A stretch of 61,919 nt of DNA, filler included, from Diploschistes diacapsis (GCA_023645945.1; 5 parts of 5 records of this genome joined end to end with filler, not necessarily neighbours in it), one strand, 5' to 3'. Numbered from the whole stretch's first letter, positions 1 to 10,177 are shown. Numbers and translations are program-made. Notes: generated by a model from the letters alone, not told the origin.

Positions 1-602
1 GGGTTGCGCAGATGGGGGGGGAATCGTTTCGTTAGTCTAGAGTTGAAGGTTACAAGTAAGCTCGGCATCGGCGGGGACGACCTGTTATCAGATCCGATGG
101 TCGGGGCTTTGCCGAGCGTTGGACAACGCGTGAAGGTCCTCGTATACCTTGGGTACGTAGCCTAAGATTAATTCTAACATCTGCGGCGACGGCTCTGCCT
201 TTGTGCGTCAACTAACATATACAGCGGATCCTACGTTTCACATTTGGATTTAGGACAGAATGACATTCGTACGAGGGGCTTGGTTTTCAAGCAGTGACCT
301 GAACTGAGCAGTTACACGAATGCTCGGCAGTGACCAAGATGGAATGAGTGGTACATTATGGTTCGCAGCCCGTACACAGCAAGTGCCGATCGAGCTCCAA
401 CGGACTCCAAAGTACCATTGCATAAGGTTTTAGTATTCTCCATCCAATCTCACGATGGCTGCCCCTCAGCCTCCTGTGACCTTTCCTTGACGAGGAATGG
501 GGCCGGCATGGAAGCCATGGATGACTGTTCAGTCTTTATAATCAGCATAAGAACCTGCAATATCCAAGATTTCATATCCAAGTCTATCCAAAAACTCCCA
601 CC

Positions 603-1635
603 ATGTTTTTTCTCATCTTTACCTGCCTCCTGGCATTCCTGTTTACAATCACCGCAGCAGTGGGCTTGTCGTCGGGCTCGAGCAACGCCACCAAAGACAT
701 GGTGCCTCGAAACGTAGTTTATGTTGCCGACATCTGGCACCCAGAGCCCAACACTACCTCGAATGACTCGCACATCGGACTCCTCGACCCCATCGAGAAT
801 CCCACGAATATTACCCACGTGATCATGTTCAATCTCAATGTGGACTACACCCCGGATATCAACACCACGTTGGCGAGCGTCGGAGTTCATTCGTCAAACT
901 ACAACTGGCTGCGCTCGCAGATCAAAACGCTGAGAGCGGCTGGAGTTAAGGTGATGGGCTCTTCTGGTGGCTACGGCAATGGAGTCTTCAACCGCCTCAA
1001 TGCTAATGTTAGTCGTCACATTAGACGGAATGAATATACAGAGACTGACGCATACTCCCCGCAGTTTAGCGACGCTTATCCGCAGCTGCTGGACGGTATC
1101 AAGGCTTTCGACTTCGACGGGCTTGACCTGGATATTGAGCTCCCGACGGGACCAGGCTTTCGTTTTGAAGCTTCTCAACTCGCTATACAATGACATGGGC
1201 GCGGACTTTATTCTCACCATGGCGCCTGTTTCCTATGCTATGGGGGGTAACATCGAAAGCATCAGCGGCGACCTGAACTATACCCAGCTTGATAGCCTGG
1301 CCACAGCTTCCAACAAGCCTAACGGGAAATTAATCGACTGGTTTAACGTGCAATTCTACGGGGGAGGCACGCAGAGCAACCAGGTGACTGCATACGAACA
1401 AGTGATCGCTTATGGCTGGGATCCCTCCCGCATAGCCCTGGGCATGACCGCAGACAATACCGATTCAAGTTGGCAGCCCATCAAGGACTACCAGACAACA
1501 GTCAGCACGTTGAAATCGAAGGTCACGAACTTTGGTGGTGTGGTAGGCTACGATTACTGGAACGCAGGCTTGAATGATAAGATTCGTCGTTGGCAGCGGG
1601 TAGAAGATATTGGTCAAGCACTGTTTGGACAATAG
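603..1635 (+). CDS. Secreted GH18 chitinase-like glycoside hydrolase, with an apparent 1-nt frameshift (pseudogene or sequencing error)
   Basis: Hydrophobic signal peptide; GH18 catalytic motif FDGLDLDIE; DFILTMAPV and IDWFNVQFYGG in the C-terminal frame; intron 1008-1064 (GTTAGT..CTGAC..CAG). The two frames join if one G of GGG at 1148-1150 is removed (DIELPT-DQAFVLKLL). Confidence 0.8.
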
Positions 1636-2043
1636 GGGCACGGGCCTCATCTTTGCAATTTGCAACCATCAGCAGTGAATGCAATGGTACCGAAGAGCCT
1701 TCCAGAAGCCATGCTTTTAGAGTCCGTGTATGCGGAATTACAATGGAAAAACTAAAAAAGACGACTGCTATTCCCCACTTTCGTTGTTCCTTTAACTACC
1801 TCGAAAAGCTCTCATCATCCACTATTGACTAAGCAGGCCCACTGGTTTGAGCTATCTCAGTCCACTCTCCACAGAACCGTGCAGCAGGGCACGCCGTCCA
1901 GATGCCAATCGCTGCGATGTATCGGAGAATAAGAAAACTTTTCTTTGGCAATCCTATACATTTCTCACCTTCTTTCGCTCTCTGCAAGTTTCACACGTTC
2001 GTTCGCTTCTACCTTCTTTCCATTCATCTGATCAAAACCGAAT

Positions 2044-2549
2044 ATGGATTCTTCCGAATCTTTGCCTTCATACTTGCCACCATACGAACTGCACGCCATT
2101 CAGTCTGATCATCATGATACTATTCCTTCAGAACCCCCTCCACAATATACCTTTCCAGATATACCGCGACCGCTGGGCAGTAGGAATTTAACGCTCTCGT
2201 CAGACCCGCCAGAGGTCGGGTTTAACCCTTGGGAGAGCTCCAGACCTGCTCTTCAAATTCCGACTCCAACAGCCCAACCTAAGTTTCCACAACGAGCTGG
2301 AAACACACAGAATCCAGAGCCAAATCCAGCACCAAGTAACCCAGATGTGGAACCAGTTGCCGAACGAGTAAGTACACGTCAACATTCAAATAGTATAGCT
2401 AATCTTAACAGAAGCCCAAACGGCGTTGCCGCTTACGAGAATCGGTGTCTTATCTTCTGTCGTCTGGCTGGCTGAGCTGTGTTCCTTTCGTTCTCCTATT
2501 AGTCATATTTATTTACTTTACGTTCCTTCTGTGCCAACATACAGGATGA
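2044..2549 (+). CDS. Small (153 aa) Pro-rich PY-motif protein with a C-terminal transmembrane helix
   Basis: Exon 1 2044-2367; intron 2368-2411 (GTAAGT..GCTAAT..CAG, 44 nt); exon 2 2412-2549 reads KPKRRCRLRESVSYLLSSGWLSCVPFVLLLVIFIYFTFLLCQHTG*. N-terminal LPSY, LPPY and PPQY motifs. Confidence 0.7.
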
Positions 2550-3423
2550 ATCAGACTGTTCATGTGGCGTTCTTTTGGACCAATCCTCACATATTCAGCT
2601 TAGCTATTTTCTACCACCGGCGGCAAACAGATGCATAAAGATTAAGAACAAACTGGTCAAGCACAAGGACAATAAGGCGAAGAAGGCGAAATGAGAGCAA
2701 GAGGAAACGAGTATTGGATACGAAAAGAGTTGTGCTCAAATCGGTAGTAACTATGGGTCTTTTCGTCCCTGTAGGTTTGCTTCCTGGGACATTATTGTGA
2801 GGTGATCAGAGACTATACGGTCTCGAGATCTCAATAGGTCGGGCCTGGGCGAGGAACAGGGGCGGGCTATTGTAACCGACCTAAGGAAGACGCGAAGTTT
2901 GGTAAATATGGACCAGCCGCCCGTTTATCAGGACCATGCCGAAATTTACTTGATGGCAGCCTATTATGTCGAGCAACACTTTAACTATTCGAGAGTATTG
3001 CGGTCTGTTTACGTCGAGAAGTGCTTAAGGTGTCGATGCCTGTTAAAGCATGGCAAGCGCTTGCTTCCGCCTCCAGCACTATCCCGGCTCCAAGGCTGTT
3101 CTTTCGTTAAGCTACGAGTCCAGTACGCTGGGTGCCTATCGAGCTAGTTGCGAACGCTATAGATAACCCAAGTTGCTAAGCAATCTCGTAACCGTTTCAC
3201 TAGCATTGTATGTTTCAGATTTCCCACTTAGGCTACTATTAGATGGTTGTTGCTACGCAACGGAACCGAGACCTACGATGATAACCCATACCATCTGCCC
3301 GTCGCCCCTCTCCAAGTAAGGAATGAGATGGCGACATGTTCCGTTGACAAGCTCGTTACAGTAAGTAACTTGGAGGCCCCAAGGTGTCTGTTAGGAATTG
3401 TACCCCCAATACTATCATTTACA

Positions 3424-5093
3424 TTATAGGCTAGCTTTCCCCCGACTCTCAAATGGTAAGATAACGCAGATTAGCCCCGCCGCAATGAACAATGCTCCGC
3501 TAGTGTATACAGGCGCGCTGGTCTGAAGGTTCGCGAACATGGCGATAATAGGGGCCATGATGCCGAAGATCCGGTTGCTCGTCGCTGTCAGGGCATTGCC
3601 TGTCCCTCTGTCTTTGGTAGGGAAGATCTCGGGGGTGTAGGCGTAGAGAACCGCGTACTAGTTGCAAGTATTAAGAAAGCTTAACGAGTTGAAGCCGAGT
3701 GCATTGCTTACCATGACGTTGGAAGCAAAGTTGAACCCACAGTTCCACCCCAGCAGGGTGTTTGAGTCGAGGGCGGTGGTGGAAGCGTAAAGGAACACGC
3801 CGGTCAAGACGGTCGAGACAGCAAGAGTGCCCTTGCGACCGAAGCTCTTGATCTCGACCATAGCACCACCAATGAGCGCCCCGGGCACACCCAGAACTGC
3901 AATGATCAAGCTGTTGCGATAGGTGATGTACGTGGAGCCGTCGCCGTAGTCGAAGCCGCGCGTCGCCTGAATGAAGGGCAGAAACCCGTTGTAAAGCGGG
4001 TAGGCGAGACCGATGAAACCCCAAACAACCATGATCATCGCGGTGGAGAAGGCGAGACGCCTGGTAGCAAATAGCGCGCGGACGTGCGTCAGATTGAGCT
4101 TCTGCAGTCGCCGCTTCAGCGCCGCGCCGGCGGATACGTCCACACCGGAACCGCTGCCGAGGGCCTCGCATGCCCTCAAGTCTTCCATGGTCAGAGAAGA
4201 GGATTTCCCGTTGCGCCTCGCCACCTCATGCACGACCATGACGGCTTCCTCATCTCTCCCCTTACCCATAAGATATTTGGGGGACTCGTATATGGTGAAA
4301 GCAATGAAGCGGATCGCCCACATCAAGAGGGTAAGGCCGCCCATGGCGATCACGAAGTAACGCCATCCCATGTTCTGAGAGCGGGTGCAAGTCTGGCCTT
4401 CCTGGCAGGTAAGGTTGCCCAGCAGAGGCCAGGCGACCAACGTGGCGATGACCTGCGCCAGTGCCCAGTCGATGGAGAGGATGGTCAGGAGGTACTGGTG
4501 GGAGCCAGGGAGGAATTCCAGGAAGATAGCACTATCCACCGGAAGGTTCCCGCCCACGCCAAACGACCAAAGCGCGGCAAAGCACCCGATGGCGGCAAAA
4601 TTGGGAGAACTTGCGGCGATCATCCCGAAGACTGCGGTGACGCCTAGTGTGAGATTGAAAGCCCAGCGTCGCCCGAACACATCGCAGCCGAATCCCCAGA
4701 ACATGGCTCCGCAGAGTAGACCGATGTTCTGGGCGAGGGTGAGAAGCGGCGGCCTACTCGGACCGAACTCGTTGGTGATGGGCGTGAAGATCAGGGATGT
4801 TACGATCGGCCACAGGTTGTCACTCGCCCAGCCGAAGCCAACGACGACGAAGAGCTGCCATTGATACCAGCCCATACCGATATCCTGTATCTAGCCAAAG
4901 GCGTCAGTCTTTCAGCGAAGGTATTGCCCGCAGACGCTGACTTTACCGCACGGTTCAACACCCTGGCCTTTGCCTCGTACACCGGATCGATCTGCCCCTT
5001 TGGAATTGCGCCAGCATCATCGACTCCGGGAACGATGCCCTCGTCCAGCTGCTCGACGGCGATATCCTTCTTGTCGTCCACCGTCCCGGCCAT
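3424..5093 (-). CDS. Major facilitator superfamily transporter (SV2-like/sugar-porter-related)
   Basis: Multiple TM segments; MFS motifs GCDVFGRR and SFGRKG, YAYTPEIFPTKDRGTG; canonical introns 4891-4946 and 3658-3711; stop TAA at 3424-3426. Confidence 0.92.
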
Positions 5094-5367
5094 ATTTGCA
5101 GCATTAATGGGCAGGTTTTGGATGCACGTAGAACACCTGCGGTCGCAGGGCCTTTTAAGTTCGGGCTTACAGGCATGGTGCGAAGGTCACAATAATGATG
5201 TGCTTGCCGTGCAATATGATTGGCTCTAGCCGGAGCTTATCTGACGGCCGAGATGGTGCTGAGCTACAGTAGCGCGAGAAGTCCATGGATGTAACTTATA
5301 AGTGTAGGAAAGAGTTGAGTTTGCGGTTGAAGCTGTTCCAACGCTATTATGGGATTGCTAAAAAGGC

Positions 5368-5898
5368 CGGCCAACCCGCCACATAACATTTAAGATTCAC
5401 AATCAAGTTATTTCGGGTATTTGAAAGCTTATGAAAATTATTAATGTATAAGTCGTGAGATATTATATAAAAGCTAAGGCGTGTATAGCTTTATTTGTTT
5501 AATAATAAAATCCATTAACGTAAGTTATTCCACTAGTCAGTGACTAGCACAAGTCAGTGACTCACTTGTATCTCTCATACAAAAATACATGTGATGGTAC
5601 TTAATTGTCGCTCTCCACGTGATTATCACGTACCATCACATGTATTTTTGTTTGAGAGGTACAAAGTGAGTCACTGACTTGTGTTAGTCACTGACTAGTG
5701 GAATACGTTAACGATTTTTTTCTAATTCTCGATAATCGCGTCACTATAAAATCTTTATTTCAACATTATCGTCTCGTCGTCATTAAAATTTAACTTTAGC
5801 GTTATTATCCGTCCTGATAAAACTTTACTTCAACGTTATTATTGGTCTTAAGAACGTTAGATTTAGTATATTATATTTAGGATGTGGCGGGTTGGCCG
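5368..5898. mobile_element. Non-autonomous TIR DNA element, AT-rich, with a nested MITE
   Basis: Perfect 17-bp inverted repeats CGGCCAACCCGCCACAT (5368-5384) and ATGTGGCGGGTTGGCCG (5882-5898) around an AT-rich non-coding interior; no clean target-site duplication visible. Confidence 0.6.
5518..5708. mobile_element. Hairpin MITE, Fot1/pogo-type ends (TA-ACGT...ACGT-TA)
   Basis: Near-perfect ~75-bp inverted arms 5526-5600 and 5630-5705 with a ~29-nt spacer; ACGT termini flanked by TA on both sides; internal AGTCAGTGACT repeats. Confidence 0.8.
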
Positions 5899-6926
5899 TT
5901 AATACATAAGCCATACACCCACAAACTTCCTAAAGGCCAGTCTATGAGGCTACGTTCGAGAGATATCGCTCCATCGGGATATGGAGCAAGGCGCTGATAT
6001 AGACCAATGCCATAATTGGGACGTACTGCGATTATCTGCGCTGTACATCCCTATTGAAGGACTACATAGACCTCGATTCCACTGTTACGGCGCTGCGTGT
6101 CTGTAACTCAAGCGCAGTGGCGAAAATTGATGTCTGAGAGCTGCTTGATATCAAGGTAAATCCCCCAACTTCTCTGCAGCCGAGAATGTCGATACAACAA
6201 TCCCACCACTACATCCCTAAGGTATCCAAGTTGCAGAATACACGGCCTCTGCTTCTTAATGGTGAAAGGTCGAACGTTACAGTGGCGATATGTAACATGA
6301 GCTTTCAATGAAACCGAAAATCTCGCGAAGGAGTATGCTCAAGTAGGAAGTAGGAAGGATAAATATTTGATGTCAAAGCCAGGGCCTACGGCTTTGCGTC
6401 GGCTTCGTGTCGCTCTCACACTCCTTTTCCAACGTTACTACTCTGTTCTCTGTCTCTTCTTCAATCTCGCTTGCTACTCCCTCGTTTTCTTCCTCTTCCA
6501 TCTCTTTTTCGATTTCTGATTCGAGCTCTTGATTATACGGACCTACGACAGCGCTAGTGGCTAAGCAGTTCTTCCTCTTTCGTACCTTTGGCCTCCGCCT
6601 ATAAACTTGGGATTGGTGGCTGGAACTCCGTCTTACTTTATCGATAGCATCGATATCACTCTTAGTGTAAGATGGGTGGCGTTCTAGAATGGCAGCTGTC
6701 GGCTATTGGCATTCGGATCTCTTAGGACAATGTATGTTTCGTCGGAGCCATGTACGTAAGGTGCATGTAGTGTGCATAAACGCAATGATCCCAGCTCTTA
6801 TATGGTCCCAACGTAAGTTGTCTCTCTTATTCTGTCCTCGAAGGCTTCAGGCCCTTGTGGACACATTTCTTTACAATCTCAAGAGCACCTTGGCTCAAAT
6901 GTCATGCCAACCCTCCAAGGTGGACT

Positions 6927-7343
6927 TCAGTGTCCCATTGCCCCATTGCCCCAACTGGCGTTCATCAAGTGAGAGAATGCCCAGACGAAAAACGCAAGCA
7001 CGAGGCAAGCGCCAAGTAGTTGGAGTAACCACAAGCACATTGTAAAGTTGTAGTCGCTTTGTTCGTAGTGCTCCTTTATTTCTGTCGTGCCGTAGCCTCG
7101 CTGCGCGTGGATGAAGATTGGGTCCTCTGGATCGCCGGGTCCATCATAGGCCGGCGGAGAGTCATGGCCGTGGGTGTGGTGATGAGGATGATGATGAGGA
7201 CGATGATATGAATGATCCTACAGCCACCATTAGTCGATAATACTTCTTAAATTAGACTGCTTTAAGCGTTTGGTCACCTGTATACCCGTGGAAACATCAG
7301 GCACGGAAGCTGCTCCAGTGTCGCCAGCACCAGCATCGTGCAT
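6927..7343 (-). CDS. Small (118 aa) His-rich PPxY-motif protein with a C-terminal transmembrane helix; absent from the ORF track
   Basis: GCC-ATG at 7343; exon 1 7278-7343; intron 7218-7277 (GTGACC..GACTAAT..TAG, contains an in-frame stop); exon 2 6927-7217. Product MHDAGAGDTGAASVPDVSTGIQ-DHSYHRPHHHPHHHTHGHDSPPAY...FTMCLWLLQLLGACLVLAFFVWAFSHLMNASWGNGAMGH*. Confidence 0.68.
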
Positions 7344-7545
7344 GGCCACTTATTGTTTCTTTCTTAAATGCTGCAGGATTACTTTTCAGAGATATGCTGC
7401 GCTGTTCTTCGAACAAGTCCTTACAGTTAGCGGCTTAGTGAAGTGCAGCGATAGATTAACGTAATCTGTAATAGAATTGCGATTACCAGACTATTTTATT
7501 TTAGATCTCGTAACTTTATGATCTCGGGCCACTAATAAGCAATTA

Positions 7546-7575
7546 ACGTATTTCACAAGTCATCCGCCCACTTCC
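7546..7575. mobile_element. Isolated Fot1-like TIR fragment
   Basis: TA-ACGTATTTCACAAGTCATC closely matches the reverse complement of the TIR ending at 46667 (TAACGTATTTCACGGTCATC). Confidence 0.5.
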
Positions 7576-7621
7576 TTTCTTTTTACATGTTTTTAATTTA
7601 TAACTTTATACATCTTAACTA

Positions 7622-7698
7622 ACGTGTTTGACGGGGATTCCGGCCACCCCCAGATTCCGGCCACTTTTGCCAAGAAATAGTTTAAATCTTCAATAATT
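7622..7698. mobile_element. Fot1/pogo-like transposon end running into the contig break
   Basis: TA-ACGTGTTTGACGGGGA..GGCCACCCCCAGA..GGCCAC, an inverted match to the TIR ending at 8677. Confidence 0.75.
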
Positions 7699-7798
7699 NN
7701 NNNNNNNNNNNNNNNNNNNNNNNNNNNNNNNNNNNNNNNNNNTTAATTAATTAANNNNNNNNNNNNNNNNNNNNNNNNNNNNNNNNNNNNNNNNNNNN
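7699..7798. other. Artificial contig-joining linker (N44-TTAATTAATTAA-N44)
   Basis: 100-nt spacer with stops in all six frames, repeated identically four times in the window. Confidence 0.97.
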
Positions 7799-8677
7799 AC
7801 CGTATCTATCTATTATTCATTTTTTATTATTAATATTAAACAATTAGTTTCGAGGCGTTTCGATTAGAATCCAGTTGGTATTAATATATAATATTTTAAA
7901 AATAATTATAGGCGGTAATATCCCGTTAATAACTAAAATATATTTAATCGTAATCATTTACTTTTTTTATTAACTTTTTAATTTAAGTTTATTCGACTCG
8001 AAACGAAAGTTTTAAAAAAAGAATTATTATTAATACTAAAACCTAACTCGTTCATATTATAAATGTATTCGAACGCGTATTATCTCTTATTATATTAAAT
8101 TATCATTACATCGAACCACCGTTATATAACTTCGTAACTTATCGTATTAAATTTATTCGACTTAATCTATCTCGTCTAAATATTAATAATTTTAGGAAAT
8201 CGTTTACGAAATCGCGATACCTAATTTTTATTAATAGATTAAAGATTCGCGATCATGACTTCTAGATTCGAACCGAATCGAATTCTTTCGCGTCGAATCT
8301 CTTCGGCCATTTCTATCACCAACGCAGGCGATGCAGGAAAGCTAATTTATGTAAGACGTGTAATCCATCGTACTAATGTCTTTTCTTTAAGATTTAAAAG
8401 GATTTAACTCGATTCGTGATTATTAGAACGTGATTGTATTTTAATGAATCGACGCATAATGGTTGAATAAGGAACTTTAAATGCGCGGGTAGCTTCTCGA
8501 ACGTTGGTATATTATTAAGAATTTAGGGCCTATAAACAGTCGTTGATATTAGATTTTATTAGAATCGAATTATTACGATGCGAGGTAGTCATTGTTGAAA
8601 AAATCGAAGAAAAAGATGAAAGTTATAATGAGAGGTGGCCCATTTCTGGGGGTGGCCCGGTTCCCCGTCAAACACGT
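7799..8677 (-). mobile_element. Fot1/pogo-family (Tc1/mariner superfamily) transposon, 5' part, RIP-inactivated transposase
   Basis: TIR ends ACGT-TA at 8677. From ATG 8592 the minus strand reads ..VREATRAFKVPYSTIMRR (psq-type HTH) and KEKTLVRWITRLT*ISFPASPALVIEMAEEIRR (Tc5/CENP-B-type HTH) with many TAA/TAG stops and strong TpA enrichment. Confidence 0.88.
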
Positions 8678-8689
8678 TAGTTATAAAGT

Positions 8690-9150
8690 TTATTTAATAT
8701 TTAATAATAAAGCAGTAGATAAAACAATAATAAATATAAGAATAATATATTTAAAAACAGTAGATTTAAAAATAATAAATTTAAAAATAATAGGTTCAAA
8801 AGTAGTAAATGCGAAAACAATAGATTCGAAAGTAGTAGATGCAAAAGTAATAGGTTTAAAAGCAGTAGGTATAAAAACAGTAGATTCGAAAGCAGTAGGT
8901 TCAAAAGCAGTAGGTGCGAAAGCAGTAGATGCGAAAGTAATAGGCGCGAAAGCAGTAGGCGCGAAAGCAGTAGGTTTGAAAGTAGTAGGTGCGAAAGCAG
9001 TAGGTTCGAAAGCAATAGGTTCGAAAGCAGTAGGTTTAAAAGCAGTAGATTCGAAAGCAGTAGGTTTAAAAGCAGTAGATTCGAAAGCAGTAGGTCGAAA
9101 GCAGTAGATTCGAAAGCGAAAGTAGTAGATGCAAAAGCAGTAGATGCAAA
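8690..9150. repeat. 15-bp minisatellite, consensus AAAGCAGTAG(G/A)TTCG, about 30 units
   Basis: Directly visible tandem units, increasingly AT-shifted toward the left end. Confidence 0.9.
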
Positions 9151-9174
9151 AAAAGATGCCACGTAATAGTTCAG

Positions 9175-9300
9175 TTCAGTTCAGCCAATCCAACCCTTGA
9201 CTGATACTTTTCGGAGTTAATTTCTTATCTACGGTTTTTTCTGCGCCCATAAACACACTAATATGCCAATATAGTCCTGCGCTTCGCTTAGGAATTACTT
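9175..9300. repeat. Dispersed repeat, inverted copy at 53980-54100
   Basis: TTCGCTTAGGAATTA (9283-9297) is the exact reverse complement of 53980-53994; similarity continues through ACGGTTTTTT, ATAAACACA and TTCGGAG. Confidence 0.75.
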
Positions 9301-9412
9301 ACCTGAGTAATGCTTGCCTCAGTTCCTTAGACCAATCAGATTTAACTAGCGGGTTTAAGCCCCTTTGGGTTAGTGGGTGACAACATGCTTTGTCAGACTC
9401 GGTTTTTGTTTA

Positions 9413-9594
9413 ACCACGAAGTGGGTTACAATCCCTGCACTTTCGTAAAATGGATTTCTTAACATTTTCACCTTTCGTACGATAATTTTATGTATGGTTG
9501 TGGGGCTCAAAAGCTCGCTTTAAACTATCTAGCGTATCTACATTATAATGAGTAACCCGCTTCGTGGTGTAACCCGTTTCCTGGTGGAACACGT
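9413..9594. mobile_element. Fot1-derived MITE, copy A1 (left end truncated)
   Basis: Shares AATCCCTGCAC..TTTCTTAACATTTTCACCTTTCGTACGATAA, GGTTGTGGGGCT and CTCAAAAGCTCGCTT with 28076-28445; ends GGAACACGT-TA. Confidence 0.8.
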
Positions 9595-9596
9595 TA

Positions 9597-9841
9597 ACGT
9601 GTTTCCCCACGGGGCGGGACACCCCACGAAACGGAACACTACATATAATGTAATCAAAAAAAGGCCGAAGAACGGGGTAGTGTAGTTGAGAACAGATTTA
9701 GCTTCGTACCAATATGGAAGCGCTCGATCTAGCGCTCTTAACCATATTACCCCGTTCTTCGGCCTTTAAGAAATACACTTTACGAAGGTGCAGGGATTGT
9801 GTTCCGCTTTGTGGTGTGTTCCGTTGTGTGGTGAAACACGT
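9597..9841. mobile_element. Fot1-derived MITE, copy A2
   Basis: TA-ACGTGTTTC...GAAACACGT-TA; CCAC..CGGAACAC subterminal repeats; shares the TA at 9595-9596 with copy A1; internal 20-bp inverted repeat 9660-9679/9748-9767. Confidence 0.88.
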
Positions 9842-10177
9842 TAGTTAAGTTATCAAAAAACCATTGTCCGCATCCGTAAACAGCAGATTCATACAATTAT
9901 ACAATCAACGAAACTCAGAATATTTGATATGAGGAAGATCCCCTGCCATGTGTTTTAAATATTCGCGTCGATCGAATGCGACTTGGTTTGATCCAAACTC
10001 CTGAGTATCGCGTAGCCTTTTTGAAGCATTTCATATCGGACATATTTTGCAGGGGGTGCAATAAGGCCCCGAGAAAGCTCCATAGGGGTCGAAAAGGTGT
10101 TACGGAGTGCGTGATCTGGATAAACCGTAGATAGGAGTGCCGCTGGCGGTAGCTACGGCAGTAGAGGCGTGAGGACT

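Noticed and set aside
3671..4864. Long alternative-frame and antisense ORFs over the MFS gene (likewise over ClpX, ERG24 and DnaJ)
   Set aside because: Shadow ORFs expected from GC-rich codon usage; no recognisable motifs.
7699..7798. TTAATTAATTAA palindrome within N runs (four times) as a biological motif
   Set aside because: Identical 100-nt six-frame-stop linker; an assembly artefact. ORFs running into it are also artefacts.
8690..9150. CRISPR-like array
   Set aside because: Contiguous tandem units without unique spacers, eukaryotic context, no cas genes.
8592..9162. KAVGS-repeat ORF (8592-9107 +) and Leu-rich ORF (8701-9162 -) as real proteins
   Set aside because: Both arise from the 15-bp minisatellite, start at non-ATG codons, and the first begins inside a transposon end.
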